64,000 nt of DNA from a virus (Duplodnaviria; Heunggongvirae; Uroviricota; Caudoviricetes), in IMG/VR virus record IMGVR_UViG_3300045253_000164, positions 26,314 to 90,313 of that record; one strand, 5' to 3'. This document shows, piece by piece, positions 9,901-18,600 of the stretch (the stretch's first letter is position 1; each line of letters starts with the position of its first letter). A program made the position numbers and the translations under genes. The notes beneath the pieces are model-generated. The model made no database searches. It saw only the letters and a program-made list of their open reading frames with translations, and was not told where the DNA came from.

Positions 9901-11816
9901 AGCGCATTGCCGCTGACCTGGAGATCCCCAGCTGCTGTCAGTTTGGTGCTCCCCGTTGAGCCGAATTGCGTCAGGCCGCTGAACGTCACCAAGGCCCCAG
10001 GGGCGAAGACGTTGGCGGCGGTCCAGAAATTGGGGCTGGTGCGTGTGGCATCGCCCGTTCCGCCACCGGTGGGGAGCTCGCCAGACGTCACGTAGCGATG
10101 CGGCCCCGTCGCGCTGACGGCGAACAACGGCACGTCGATGAAGACCAACGTGTCGCGGGGCGTCCACTGCCGATAGGTCGCTGCCCCGCGCACGTCCCCG
10201 CTGCCGATCAGCAGATAGGTGAGTGCGGTGGGCTTGTTCTGGCCGTACACGGTCAGCGACGCCCCCGTCGAGTCGCCGATGATCAGGAAGTCGTCGCGCG
10301 AGCCCCAGGTCGTGACGGCCCCGCTGACCGTGAGGTCACTCCCGGTAATGCTGGTGCCACCGGTGGCGCCGAACGTCGTGCGGCGATAGCTGCGCACCAC
10401 ACCGCTCGCCTGAATGTCGCTGGCGCTGTCGAACACCGTTGGGATCGAGGCAAACGCAATCCGGTCTCCCAGCGTCAACTGGCTGAACTGGAAGAAGCCC
10501 GCCATCGATCCGGAGCCGACCAGTGCCAGGTTGTAGCCGGTCGACGCGTTCCCTTCGCCGGTGAACAGCGCATAGCGCGTCGAGCCGACCTGGAAGACAT
10601 CGGCCGCATTTCCCACCGGAGCGAACGCTGCCCCCACGCGCTGAATGGGTTTCGCATAAAGCGCCAGGGTACCGCTGATCTGGGTGTCCCCCGGAACGAA
10701 CAGGCGGCCGCTGATTGTGACGTTGCCGGAGAAGATGTTGGCCGCGCTGAAATAGTTGGGGCTGCTCCGCGTCGCATCCCCAGTCCCGCTGCCCGTCGGC
10801 AATTCACCGGAGGTCACATACCGCGCTCCGCCAGTGATGAAGTTCTGGTAGAGCGGTACCGTCGGGACGACTGCGTCAGCCCGGACGTTCACCGTTTCCA
10901 GGCCACTCACGCTGAGTCGCAAGTTGCTTTGATCAGTCGCCAGGCTCAGGGCTGCGCCGACACCTACTACCGCGGCGCGATCTGCCACCGTTGGGTCGCT
11001 GTTGACTGAGCTGAACATCGCCACGAACAACGAGTGGCCCACGTCGTTCTGGAAGATGTTGAGCGCCGCTGCGTTCGCGGTCGCACTAGCGTTTGCGCAA
11101 AAGATGCCGGCCAGGGCATCCGCATTATCGCGAATCTCCAGGCTGTAAGCGGGAGAGACAACGGTGCCGATACCAACGTTCCCCAGGAACACCCCGTTCC
11201 CGTAGGTGATGGCGCCACCGCTAACTTGCAGTTCACCAGCGGCGCTGACCCGCGTGCCACCGGCGGAGCCGAACCGCGTCAAGCCGCTCAGCGTGACCGT
11301 GGTTCCGGCGCTGAAGACATTCTGGCTGCCGGTCCAAAAGTTGTCGGACCCGCGAAGCGCGTCGCCACTGCCGCCCCCGCCACCGGCAGCAATCTCGCCA
11401 CTGGTGAGGTAGCGCCTGGACCCCGCCAGCGCTCCGTTGAACACCGCGCCGGTAAACAAGGAAATCCCGGGGTTGTCGATCAGCTGCAGTTGGATATGGC
11501 TCTGACCACCCAGGGACAGCGTCCCCGTGCTGTACAACGGCGTTGTGATCGCCCCATTTACGCCGACGTCGCTGTTGAGGTTGATGGCCGCGTTGACCGT
11601 GACCGGCGCCGTGAAGACGTTGGTGCCACGCCAGAGGTTGTTGCCGGCGAGAAACGCGTCGCCGAAGGCCCCTGGTGTGATGAAGAACGTCCGATCCTGA
11701 CTAAGGTCTCCACCGCCTTGCAGTGGCGACGTCGTCGCAATGACACGCGTCTGCGGCACCGGCGTGCTGCCGGCCGCTCCGCCAGAGGGCGTCAGCCCGG
11801 TCTTGAGATTCGGCAT
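5916..11816 (-). CDS. giant tail fibre / minor tail protein with internal repeats and a C-terminal glycine-rich domain
   Basis: 1966 aa with at least 8 copies of a module beginning (Q/A/H/N)RY(V/I/L)TSGEL followed by a Gly-rich turn. The C-terminal ~330 aa are polyglycine-rich (GGGGGGGGGKGG etc.). It lies downstream of TMP and the distal tail genes. Confidence 0.65.
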   Translation of the reverse strand: MPNLKTGLTPSGGAAGSTPVPQTRVIATTSPLQGGGDLSQDRTFFITPGAFGDAFLAGNNLWRGTNVFTAPVTVNAAINLNSDVGVNGAITTPLYSTGTLSLGGQSHIQLQLIDNPGISLFTGAVFNGALAGSRRYLTSGEIAAGGGGGSGDALRGSDNFWTGSQNVFSAGTTVTLSGLTRFGSAGGTRVSAAGELQVSGGAITYGNGVFLGNVGIGTVVSPAYSLEIRDNADALAGIFCANASATANAAALNIFQNDVGHSLFVAMFSSVNSDPTVADRAAVVGVGAALSLATDQSNLRLSVSGLETVNVRADAVVPTVPLYQNFITGGARYVTSGELPTGSGTGDATRSSPNYFSAANIFSGNVTISGRLFVPGDTQISGTLALYAKPIQRVGAAFAPVGNAADVFQVGSTRYALFTGEGNASTGYNLALVGSGSMAGFFQFSQLTLGDRIAFASIPTVFDSASDIQASGVVRSYRRTTFGATGGTSITGSDLTVSGAVTTWGSRDDFLIIGDSTGASLTVYGQNKPTALTYLLIGSGDVRGAATYRQWTPRDTLVFIDVPLFAVSATGPHRYVTSGELPTGGGTGDATRTSPNFWTAANVFAPGALVTFSGLTQFGSTGSTKLTAAGDLQVSGNALVYGKVGIGTSAAPDGYLHIKAPAEAGFGSGPATDLILQSTDGDALFRPQGGTSTSFAGVEYLDSTGTAAVFTGFKQSTAEFRFNNIYAAGTINFLIGGTSALLITNSRNLGVNVASPSARLEVGGNTVLGGDVSASGIALLYGPVTAPTDLIISGVTSVHVVGAPMYSKFGTLAATRFVISGELTALAVLAGNNTFTGTNNFTGVLESVPVPGGGGVSLVFQALDTNGYSLQASTVSGLFIGTQVFNPYNPKDQLLFHAPVGALTLSGGDPVVSYVSLYNQRVAGAQRYVTSGELPGGSGSGDAVRAADNFWTGSQNVFSAGTTVTISGTAILNDLTVSGTQVSYGTTTYRGNVFFKSQASYSANLILVGSTQASSFAFSPIVFLASSPLQISGASIVYNGLYAGQITGSQRYVTSGELGAGTGDFVKGSANYVTGSPIVFGPSTAVSVSGVTVLRDTSVSGALITYGNAVDSVAIGTQVGDGRPYQYFGGNRADVNGNTWAVVGSGGITGSMVLIGTAIFTTGNSGDNLAFLSPVGTKGIGNTGTIVTTDLQVSGTTLAYGPITGDPNVMISGSPINVIGGAMFNGFGTGGGARYITSGELTTGAGTGDATRTSPNFWTAANVFAPGAVVTFSGLTLFGSTGSTKLTAAGDLQVSGNERVYGNLGLGTGAADIYLHIRGAAQSGYGSGAATMVVLQSTDGDALFRPQGAASTNFAGVEYLDNTGAAGVFTGFKPSTGEFRFNNIASGGYLDFLINSSSRFTIQNAGTTLSANPIYNGSVTGGNRYVTSGELQAGAGTGDFVKGSSNYVSGPQQVFGATTTLSVSGSTVLRDLTVSGSLRTYSDAFFSVSGGTVISSQGLVQISGGNVDGKLLIYGASRPGIMASNPSNGLELAGYDTTGAIGQVLCAPAAVFGVASVVLAPPVFLNTDGAGIWAIGPQLRLMASGELGKYRLARMNQDSFWTGSKIVLSSTTTFTASGTSTFLGDVQASGVTLHYNPVYQGVQTGGARYVVSGELSGGGATVDVQTFSANGTWTKPAGVKLVKVICIGGGGGGGGGKGGAAATNRYGGSGGGGGAYNEAIFEASDLASTIAITVGTGGNAGSGGANNVGTGGSAGTSSAFGNLVQAGGGGGGAGGGTGVASGGGGGGSGGDGTAGAQAASSSGGLPTISANVNGTSGGGAGSASGAAGSPAEHGGGSGGGTATGAGPAKNGGTSLKGGGGGGGGGMVTSVNAAQTGGDGGMNQFFTIGGGGGGAGGPAGTPGGAGTNGTYFAGWGGGGGGGTLAATGGAGGAGGNAGGGGGGGAGGTTTGGAGGGGGRGEVRVYSF
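7620..8120 (-). repeat. segmental duplication copy A inside the fibre gene (~0.5 kb)
   Basis: Near-identical antisense ORFs occur at 7927..8115 and 9907..10095 (MPLTWRSPAAVSLVLPV...) and at 7615..7845 versus 9643..9897. DNA alignment by eye gives ~80-85% identity at an offset of ~1980 bp. Boundaries are approximate. Confidence 0.6.
9600..10100 (-). repeat. segmental duplication copy B inside the fibre gene (~0.5 kb)
   Basis: Partner of 7620..8120. It encodes the second copy of ...GTGDATRTSPNFWTAANVFAPGA(L/V)VTFSGLT(Q/L)FGSTGSTKLTAAGDLQVSGN... Confidence 0.6.
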
Positions 11817-11823
11817 TTGACTT

Positions 11824-12888
11824 TTACGTCAACTCGCTGCGCTGCGCTCCCAGAAGCCCCGGACGCGCCGTAAAGCTGACGCCCAACACCCGAAGTCCCG
11901 CGGGCGAACCCGACTCAGAAAGGGCCGATCCAGACACGACCGTGTACGGAAACCGCGGGATGAAGACGCCCAGGCCGTAGCCGATCGCCGTTCGTGTGAC
12001 ACTGACGGCACCGAGGGTGATCGTGGCAAACACATTGGCACCCGGCGAACTCACATCATCCGGGTTCTGCGCGACGACAAGCGGCACGGTCTCCAGCCGG
12101 GTGGTCAGCGGTGTATCGGTCCCTCCGCTACTCACGCTGTTTTCCCCGCGCCACAGGGTGAGCCCAACGGTGACCATCGAGGGAATCGGGACGGTGGTGC
12201 CGTAGACGTTGCGTGTGCCGCTGGAGGCGGCGCCAGACAGGACCACGCTCACGGTGGCGCGCAGCTCGGTGACTTGTCCGGTGATCTGGTTGTCCGTGAG
12301 TTGCAGCCACGCGATTCCGCTGGCGTGCACGCTATCGATCGGACCACTGCCCGCGATCGACGCGATGGAGCCGATGGGCGGTCCCGAGTTCGAGGTGAAG
12401 TCCCCGTCGGTGGTCTGGTACACCAAACGACTGCGGGTAGCGGTGATCGCGACATACTGCCCTCGCGCTTCCTTGCTCGAGTCGTTCCACGGTCCCATGA
12501 GATGGGCGGTGTCGTTTGACGGATTCCCCGTCTGCACCCATCCCAGGTACTCCGCATCCCACCGGGGAGGCTGCGTAGGAGACAGTAACGCCGCCGCACC
12601 AGAGACCAGGAAGGTACCGTCGGAGCGCACGAACACCGAATAGCCGGTCCCGGCCGCCGTGGGGCCAAATGAGATCGACTGCATCCCGCTGGCAAACACG
12701 TAGCCGGGACCGCCGATGCCCACTTGGTTGGCCGGCCCAGACGGGTACCGCAGGCTCCCGGGACTGATGAACAGTCGCACGACCCCGGCTGCATCACCAC
12801 CAGCGGCCACCGTGCCGGAGGCGATCCAGAACGGTTGATTCATCCGCGATCGCGTGCCGCTATCTCCATTTTGCCAGTCGTTTTTCAT
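11824..12888 (-). CDS. minor tail / baseplate-region protein
   Basis: 354 aa, Ser/Gly/Thr-rich, positioned between the distal tail protein and the fibres. Confidence 0.45.
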   Translation of the reverse strand: MKNDWQNGDSGTRSRMNQPFWIASGTVAAGGDAAGVVRLFISPGSLRYPSGPANQVGIGGPGYVFASGMQSISFGPTAAGTGYSVFVRSDGTFLVSGAAALLSPTQPPRWDAEYLGWVQTGNPSNDTAHLMGPWNDSSKEARGQYVAITATRSRLVYQTTDGDFTSNSGPPIGSIASIAGSGPIDSVHASGIAWLQLTDNQITGQVTELRATVSVVLSGAASSGTRNVYGTTVPIPSMVTVGLTLWRGENSVSSGGTDTPLTTRLETVPLVVAQNPDDVSSPGANVFATITLGAVSVTRTAIGYGLGVFIPRFPYTVVSGSALSESGSPAGLRVLGVSFTARPGLLGAQRSELT

Positions 12889-12895
12889 TGTGTCC

Positions 12896-13303
12896 TCAGT
12901 TCACCGTGCCGCTCATCGTTAGCACCAGATCAAGATTGACCGTGCTCGAGGCGTTTTTGCCGTACGGCGAGGGCTCCGCCGCCACCGCAATCAGCGTCCC
13001 GCTGTTGGCCGCGCCGTTGGCGCCACTGCCCCCATACAGCCCGTAGTAACAGACCACCTGGTTCTGGTTGTCCGTGAGGCCCAAGAAGGCGTGGAAGATG
13101 GCCGCGGTGCCCGCTGCGTCCGCACCGACGATCGCGGTCCGGAAGGTTTCAGCCGGCAGTTGCCACCAGAACCGCCCGGGGGCCGGGGGCGAAGGAAGTG
13201 TCCCCGAGGAGACCGCAATCCACATCGGCGGCGTCGGATTCAGCCCGATGGCGAAATCCCGAAAGAACGCCAGCCCTCCACTCGTCAACACTGCATTCGC
13301 CAT
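12896..13303 (-). CDS. small tail-associated hypothetical protein
   Basis: 135 aa beginning MANAVLTSGG... at an internal ATG. The upstream 5' part of tracked ORF 12896..14230 overlaps the 768-aa gene in another frame and is judged artefactual. Confidence 0.4.
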   Translation of the reverse strand: MANAVLTSGGLAFFRDFAIGLNPTPPMWIAVSSGTLPSPPAPGRFWWQLPAETFRTAIVGADAAGTAAIFHAFLGLTDNQNQVVCYYGLYGGSGANGAANSGTLIAVAAEPSPYGKNASSTVNLDLVLTMSGTVN

Positions 13304-13311
13304 AGCGTGCC

Positions 13312-15618
13312 TCAGTACAACGTCGGATCCACCACCCAGTAGCTCGCCACAATGTAGGGCGTCGTGCCGCTGCCCCAATCCGGGGCCACATGGAACGGCG
13401 GCGTGTTCACCGTCGCGGTCACCGAACCCGGCACCACCAGCAACGTCGTGGCGGCGTCGAGCTCGATGAGATTGAGCGCCGCGACCTGGCCCTGCTGCAC
13501 TGCTTGCGCCTGCACGCCCAGCAACATCTGCTGATAGTCCAGAAAGTTGAACCGGGTGGCCTGGCACTGCACGGAGTACCGCGCGCGCTCCGCTCCCACG
13601 AAGCCCACGTCCAGCTCTTGGACCAAGGCCGTTCCGGAGAACGTGAACCCCGTGACCGCCGGCGTCACCACCACCGGCACCGAGTCGCCCACCTTCCACG
13701 TCGGCACCCAGGAGTCGAAGCTGATGACGGTGACCACGTTGCTCCACCGCGCAAGCTCCAGGTCGCCGCGCGCCCGCGCAACCGCAAACGACGTGAGCGA
13801 GGTATCGTTCACGGCATAGTCGCGGACGCCGCCGTACAGCGCCGCATTGTAGTGCTCGGCAATCTGCGTCCCGGACAGCGCGTAGGCATACACCGCCACT
13901 TCGTCCAACGACCCCAGCAACCGGTGGCTGCCGGTGTCGTAGTTGTAGTTGCCGATCTCGATGCCGCTGCCCGGAACCGTGCCGGGGTTGAGGAGTACCG
14001 AGTCCTGCGCGACGAGCGTATTGTTGACGTACAGCGACCGGACCCGCGAGATGCCCACCGTCTGCCAGGTGCCGACCACATGGTCCCAGTTGGTCCCGGT
14101 CGGCTGGCCGCTGGCCGCAAACGCTACCAGTGGCGGATTCGTCGGATAGTTCTGGTCGTAGGCCAACCCATACGTGCCGCCAGAGGTCACCCACAGCGCG
14201 GCGCCGCCGCGAGCAAACGCGGTGTCCCATTGCCCCACAATACCCGCGTCACGATAGGCCGGGCTGCCATCGGGCAACGTGCTGCCAGTCTGGAATGTCG
14301 ACGTCCGGACCCAGGCCTCCAAGCTCCCGTTGCTCGTGGGAATCTTCGCCCCGCTCACCATCAGGATACGACCGCCGGCGAGATCCAGCGCCGTGTCGGT
14401 ATCCGCGTGAATCACCCCAGCGATGCCCAGCGTGGCATTGCCAGTCAGCATTCCCGAGAACGTGACCCCGGTGGCCGCGCTGTTCGCGATGCGGGATCCT
14501 GACGCCTCATCCAAGCGCCAGTAAAAGATTGGAGAGTCGCCCAGGACGACCGTAGAATAGGCGGTGCCATCCAGGGCGGCGACCGCCGCTTGCGACGGTT
14601 GGCTCTCGCGCATCACGGAGATCGGCACCTGCCATTGGTACGAGAACACCACCCGCGAGCCATCGGGAATGGTATCCGTGCCCACCGGGGTCCGGACATG
14701 CGCATTGTTGCCCGGCTCGAGAATGAAGCCGCCGGCGAACGTGCTTTCGTCCACCACCCCAGCCAGACCGACGCGCTGCGCGACGCCGTCGATCGTCATG
14801 AACGGCGACGCGCCGCTGATGGTCAGCGTGGCGACCACGTTATCGTGTGCCAGCGGAAAGACCGTGGTCTGGCCATCGGCGTCCCACTGGTCGATGACAG
14901 GAGTCGAGGATGCCGCACCCCCTTGCACAAAGATGCGGTTGCGCACCTGGTCCAGCTGCGGCTCGATTGACAGATTGTCGTAGTTCTGACTGGTGTTGGT
15001 GACCGACTCCGCCGAGGCCTGCGTCGTTGTACCGGCAGGGTAGAAGTGCAGCACGAGCGTGGCGTCGACGTAAAACTCGTAGGTAACGATCTGCGCGAGC
15101 TGCTGCACGACCGCCAAGGGATAGACAAACGCAAAGCTCACATGATCGAGGATGGTGGCCGTGTCCATCACGTTCGCGTCGATAATGACCTGCGGGGCGT
15201 ACTGGCGCACGACGTCGCGGACGATGTCAGAGACTTCCCAGCCGACGTACGTCTTGTTGACCAGAATCTGCGCCAGGAGGTTGGTGTAGTCGACGCACTG
15301 AATATCCCAGCGGGCCGCGCCTGGGCCCACCTTCACCTGCGTCACGTGACTGATGGATCCGCCAAACCGCGCGACAAACGGCTGGCCCGTACCGTTCTGC
15401 ACCTCGATCAATACCGACTGGCCGACGGTGGGCAGTGATCCCCCTGCCGTCCGCCATGAGCTTGGGGGAAACAGGGAGAACGACGCTGAGTCCACCTGGG
15501 CGCCCAGGATCTGACGGACCTGGATCGTGGAGGCCATCACCTCGCCCGTCGCCGTGCGATCGACGCCCGCGACCCAGACGCGGACGCTTGGCAGCGGCAG
15601 CGGGTAGGTAGTGGCCAT
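13312..15618 (-). CDS. distal tail protein (Dit/Tal-like) with a ConA/LamG-like jelly-roll domain
   Basis: 768 aa, immediately downstream of TMP. The central segment GSLEAWVR...GSLDEVAVYAYALSGTQIAEHY resembles a LamG/ConA-like lectin fold. Confidence 0.5.
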   Translation of the reverse strand: MATTYPLPLPSVRVWVAGVDRTATGEVMASTIQVRQILGAQVDSASFSLFPPSSWRTAGGSLPTVGQSVLIEVQNGTGQPFVARFGGSISHVTQVKVGPGAARWDIQCVDYTNLLAQILVNKTYVGWEVSDIVRDVVRQYAPQVIIDANVMDTATILDHVSFAFVYPLAVVQQLAQIVTYEFYVDATLVLHFYPAGTTTQASAESVTNTSQNYDNLSIEPQLDQVRNRIFVQGGAASSTPVIDQWDADGQTTVFPLAHDNVVATLTISGASPFMTIDGVAQRVGLAGVVDESTFAGGFILEPGNNAHVRTPVGTDTIPDGSRVVFSYQWQVPISVMRESQPSQAAVAALDGTAYSTVVLGDSPIFYWRLDEASGSRIANSAATGVTFSGMLTGNATLGIAGVIHADTDTALDLAGGRILMVSGAKIPTSNGSLEAWVRTSTFQTGSTLPDGSPAYRDAGIVGQWDTAFARGGAALWVTSGGTYGLAYDQNYPTNPPLVAFAASGQPTGTNWDHVVGTWQTVGISRVRSLYVNNTLVAQDSVLLNPGTVPGSGIEIGNYNYDTGSHRLLGSLDEVAVYAYALSGTQIAEHYNAALYGGVRDYAVNDTSLTSFAVARARGDLELARWSNVVTVISFDSWVPTWKVGDSVPVVVTPAVTGFTFSGTALVQELDVGFVGAERARYSVQCQATRFNFLDYQQMLLGVQAQAVQQGQVAALNLIELDAATTLLVVPGSVTATVNTPPFHVAPDWGSGTTPYIVASYWVVDPTLY

Positions 15619-15619
15619 C

Positions 15620-18600
15620 TCAGCTCAGCAGCGCATTGCGCTTGATGTCCCGCATCTGGACGTTGCTGACCAGGCGCGCCAGCCGGTTCGCGCTCGCCTC
15701 GTCAAGAATATAGTTGCCGGTGAAGACGTACTGAACCGTCGGCGCCAGCGCATTGCCTCGGGACAATGGCACCACCGCCTCCGGACCACGCTCGCCCAGG
15801 AGCGCCAACGTAGGCGCGCTGACGATGCCGCCTGCAGCCAGCTTTGGCAGCCCGAGGTTGTTGACGGTCGAGAAGATCGTGGTCAGGCCTGGGGAGCTGA
15901 TAATGCGGTTGATCGTCCCGAGGGCCGTGGAGATGTTCGGGCCGGCAGTGGTCAGCGCCGTATCGAACGCCGCGAAAGCGGCATCGACCTGCGCTTTCGT
16001 GGCGTTCGGATCACTGAGCGTGGTGCTCAACGCCTTGAGCGCCAAAAACATGGGGGCCAGGGCAACCTGAATCACGCCCTGCTTGACCAGCGCGTCCACT
16101 ACGCCACTCAGAATGGCGTCGCGGACTCCCTGCTGGATGGCGGCGCGCATCGACCCCTGTGGTGAGGCCAGGGCATCGGCCGCTGCTTTGTCCGCCAGGC
16201 GCTGCTTCTCGGCGGCCTGTTCCGCCTCGCGCGCATACTCCTCGGAGGCGCGCTGCATCTGGAGCTGCGCTTCTGTGACCGTGTCGCCGAAGAGTCGTGC
16301 CTGCTCGATTTGCAGGCCCAACGTTTTGATGTTGCTCTCGTGGGTCGCCTGACTCAGCGCGTACTGTCGCTCGGCGGCCTGCTCCTGCAGCGTGAGCGCC
16401 GTCTGCTGTTCGGGCGTGAGGCTCAGCGCGGTCGCCAGCGCCTTGATGCTGGCGGTGATCGCTGACGAGGCAAGGTTGTTGAGCCCCGTCGTCAGCGTCT
16501 GAACCGCGGCCGCGAGCTCGTCCACGTTCACGATGGACTTGTCGCCAACCTTCTCCATGTATTGCAGCGCCAACGCGCCCGCGTCGACGCCCTGGGGGAG
16601 GTCCGAGGCGAAAATCTTTACGGTGTCCGCCACCGAGGCGTTGTACTGGTCCTGGGTAATCTTGCTGGTGAGCAGCTGCTTGTTGGCTTCATCGAGCACA
16701 TTGGGCAACGTTGCGCCGATCGACGTGAGAAATCGCGAGAGGTACATGCGCGACTGGTCGATCGAGAGGCCCAGCGCACGGAAGTTGTTGACCATCGTAT
16801 TGGCCCACATGAGGCCGTACTGGGCGTTGCCGCCCTGCAACACCTGCCCGAGGCCAGCCAGGGGATCACGGAGCACCTCGGAGGCAGGGTTGCCCTGTAG
16901 GATCTTTTGGAACTCCGGTTTCCCCGCATCCTTCTGCGCGGCGATCGTCGCCAACGGTCGGTCATACACGGAGTCCTTGAACGACACCGCCTGCGGGATG
17001 TTGGCCTTCGCGAAGGCCTTGTCGAGCGACTTCCCGAACTGGTCTTCCAGTGTCGGCCCGGGCCCGATGATCAGGCTCGCAAGCAAATCAATCGGATTCG
17101 AGAACGCCATCGCCAGCTTGCCGCCCGTGGTGCTTCCACCGCCGAACAGCGAGGACGTCGCCTGTCCGGGCTCAATGGCGTTCACGATGTTCGCGAGCGC
17201 GGCGCTCTTGAACCCGAACGCCCCCAGGAAGCCCTCGCCAAACTGCTCATATGCGATCCGCTGACGTTCCGCAGGAGAGATGTAGTGAAATCCCTGAAAG
17301 ACATTCTTCGTATCGTAGGCATTCGAGAGCCCTTCGCCAGCGTTGATGGCTCCCTGAATGCCCGCAGCAATCAAAGCAGCGTAGCCCGCCACCGCGGCGC
17401 TCCCGCTGGCGGCGGCGGCCCCAGAACTACCCACCTGCTGTCCCTGTGCGGAAAAGTCCTGGCCGCCAGTGGAGGCGCTTTGCCCTCGCGGAAACAGCAG
17501 CGCCGATTCCTGCTGGGTCAAGGCCGTCGCGGAGGTCGCGGTCGTGTATGTTGGCGGACCACCCGTCCAGGACGCCAAGCCACCCGACACAGTCGCGCCG
17601 CGGCCGACTCCTGGGCCTCCGCTCAAAAGATCGAACGCTGCGCTGATATTCTTCACGATGCCGGAGCCACCTTCGGCAGCCATGCCGGGCAGCGTCTCGG
17701 TCATGTTGATGTTGAACTTCTGATCAAACCCGATCTTCTTGATCAGCGCCTCTTCGAATCCCTTGGCGAATTGCTTTCCAATGGACTGCGTGAAGGCCTG
17801 CAGCGCATCGCTACCCTTGCGGGTGCCGTTGATGACGGCGTTGAATGCGTCGTCGCTCGCCTGGGTGAACACCTTCCCGAGATCGATGACGGAGCCCTTT
17901 GCATCAGCCACCATTTGCGCGTACGCCGCATCGACCTCGGCGAGATACTCGAGGTGGCCGGACTTCTTGATTTCCTCAACGAGCTTGTCGTGCGCCTTGG
18001 CGAGCTCGGCGAGCTTGTTCTGCGTCTCGGTGCCGAACGCCTTTGCATAGTAGGCCTGGACGTCGTCGGACAGCTTCTGCTGGGCGGCGCGCTCCTTCTC
18101 CATCGCCTCAATGCGCTTGGTGACTTCCTCGGCATCGCCAATTGTCCGCTGCCGATTCAGTTGCGCGATCTGTTCGTTGATGGCCGCGATCTGACTGGGC
18201 TCCAGCACTGCGACCGCGAGCCAGTCCTGGAGCGCCTTGACGCGGGCATCGAGCTTCTGGTTTTCCAGCGCATGAAGCTGCTCGAGTTCCTGCGCCGCGC
18301 TGATCTGGTGGACGGCGGCCAGTTGCTTCACGCCCTGTTGAGCGATGTCGAGCGTGGCGATCGTCGCCTTCTCGCGCGCGTCGATGGCGGTCTTGGCGAT
18401 GGCCTGGCCTTCGTCAAAGGACAGCTTCTCGCGTTCGTTCTGGGCGGTCTTTTCTGCCGCGAGATCCTTGGCGCGCGCCTCGGCTTTCGCCGCCTCGTAA
18501 TCGTTGTAGGCCTTCCCGCCTTTGTTGAGTGACGAGACATCGCCCTGCTCACGGGCAATGAGCGCGTCACGCTGCATCTCCAGCTCTTTTGCGTTGGCGG

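Noticed and set aside
12896-14230. 444-aa minus-strand ORF
   Set aside because: Its 5' 300 codons overlap the 768-aa tail gene in another frame and read as Arg/Gly-rich noise. Only the 3' 135 codons from ATG 13303 are kept.
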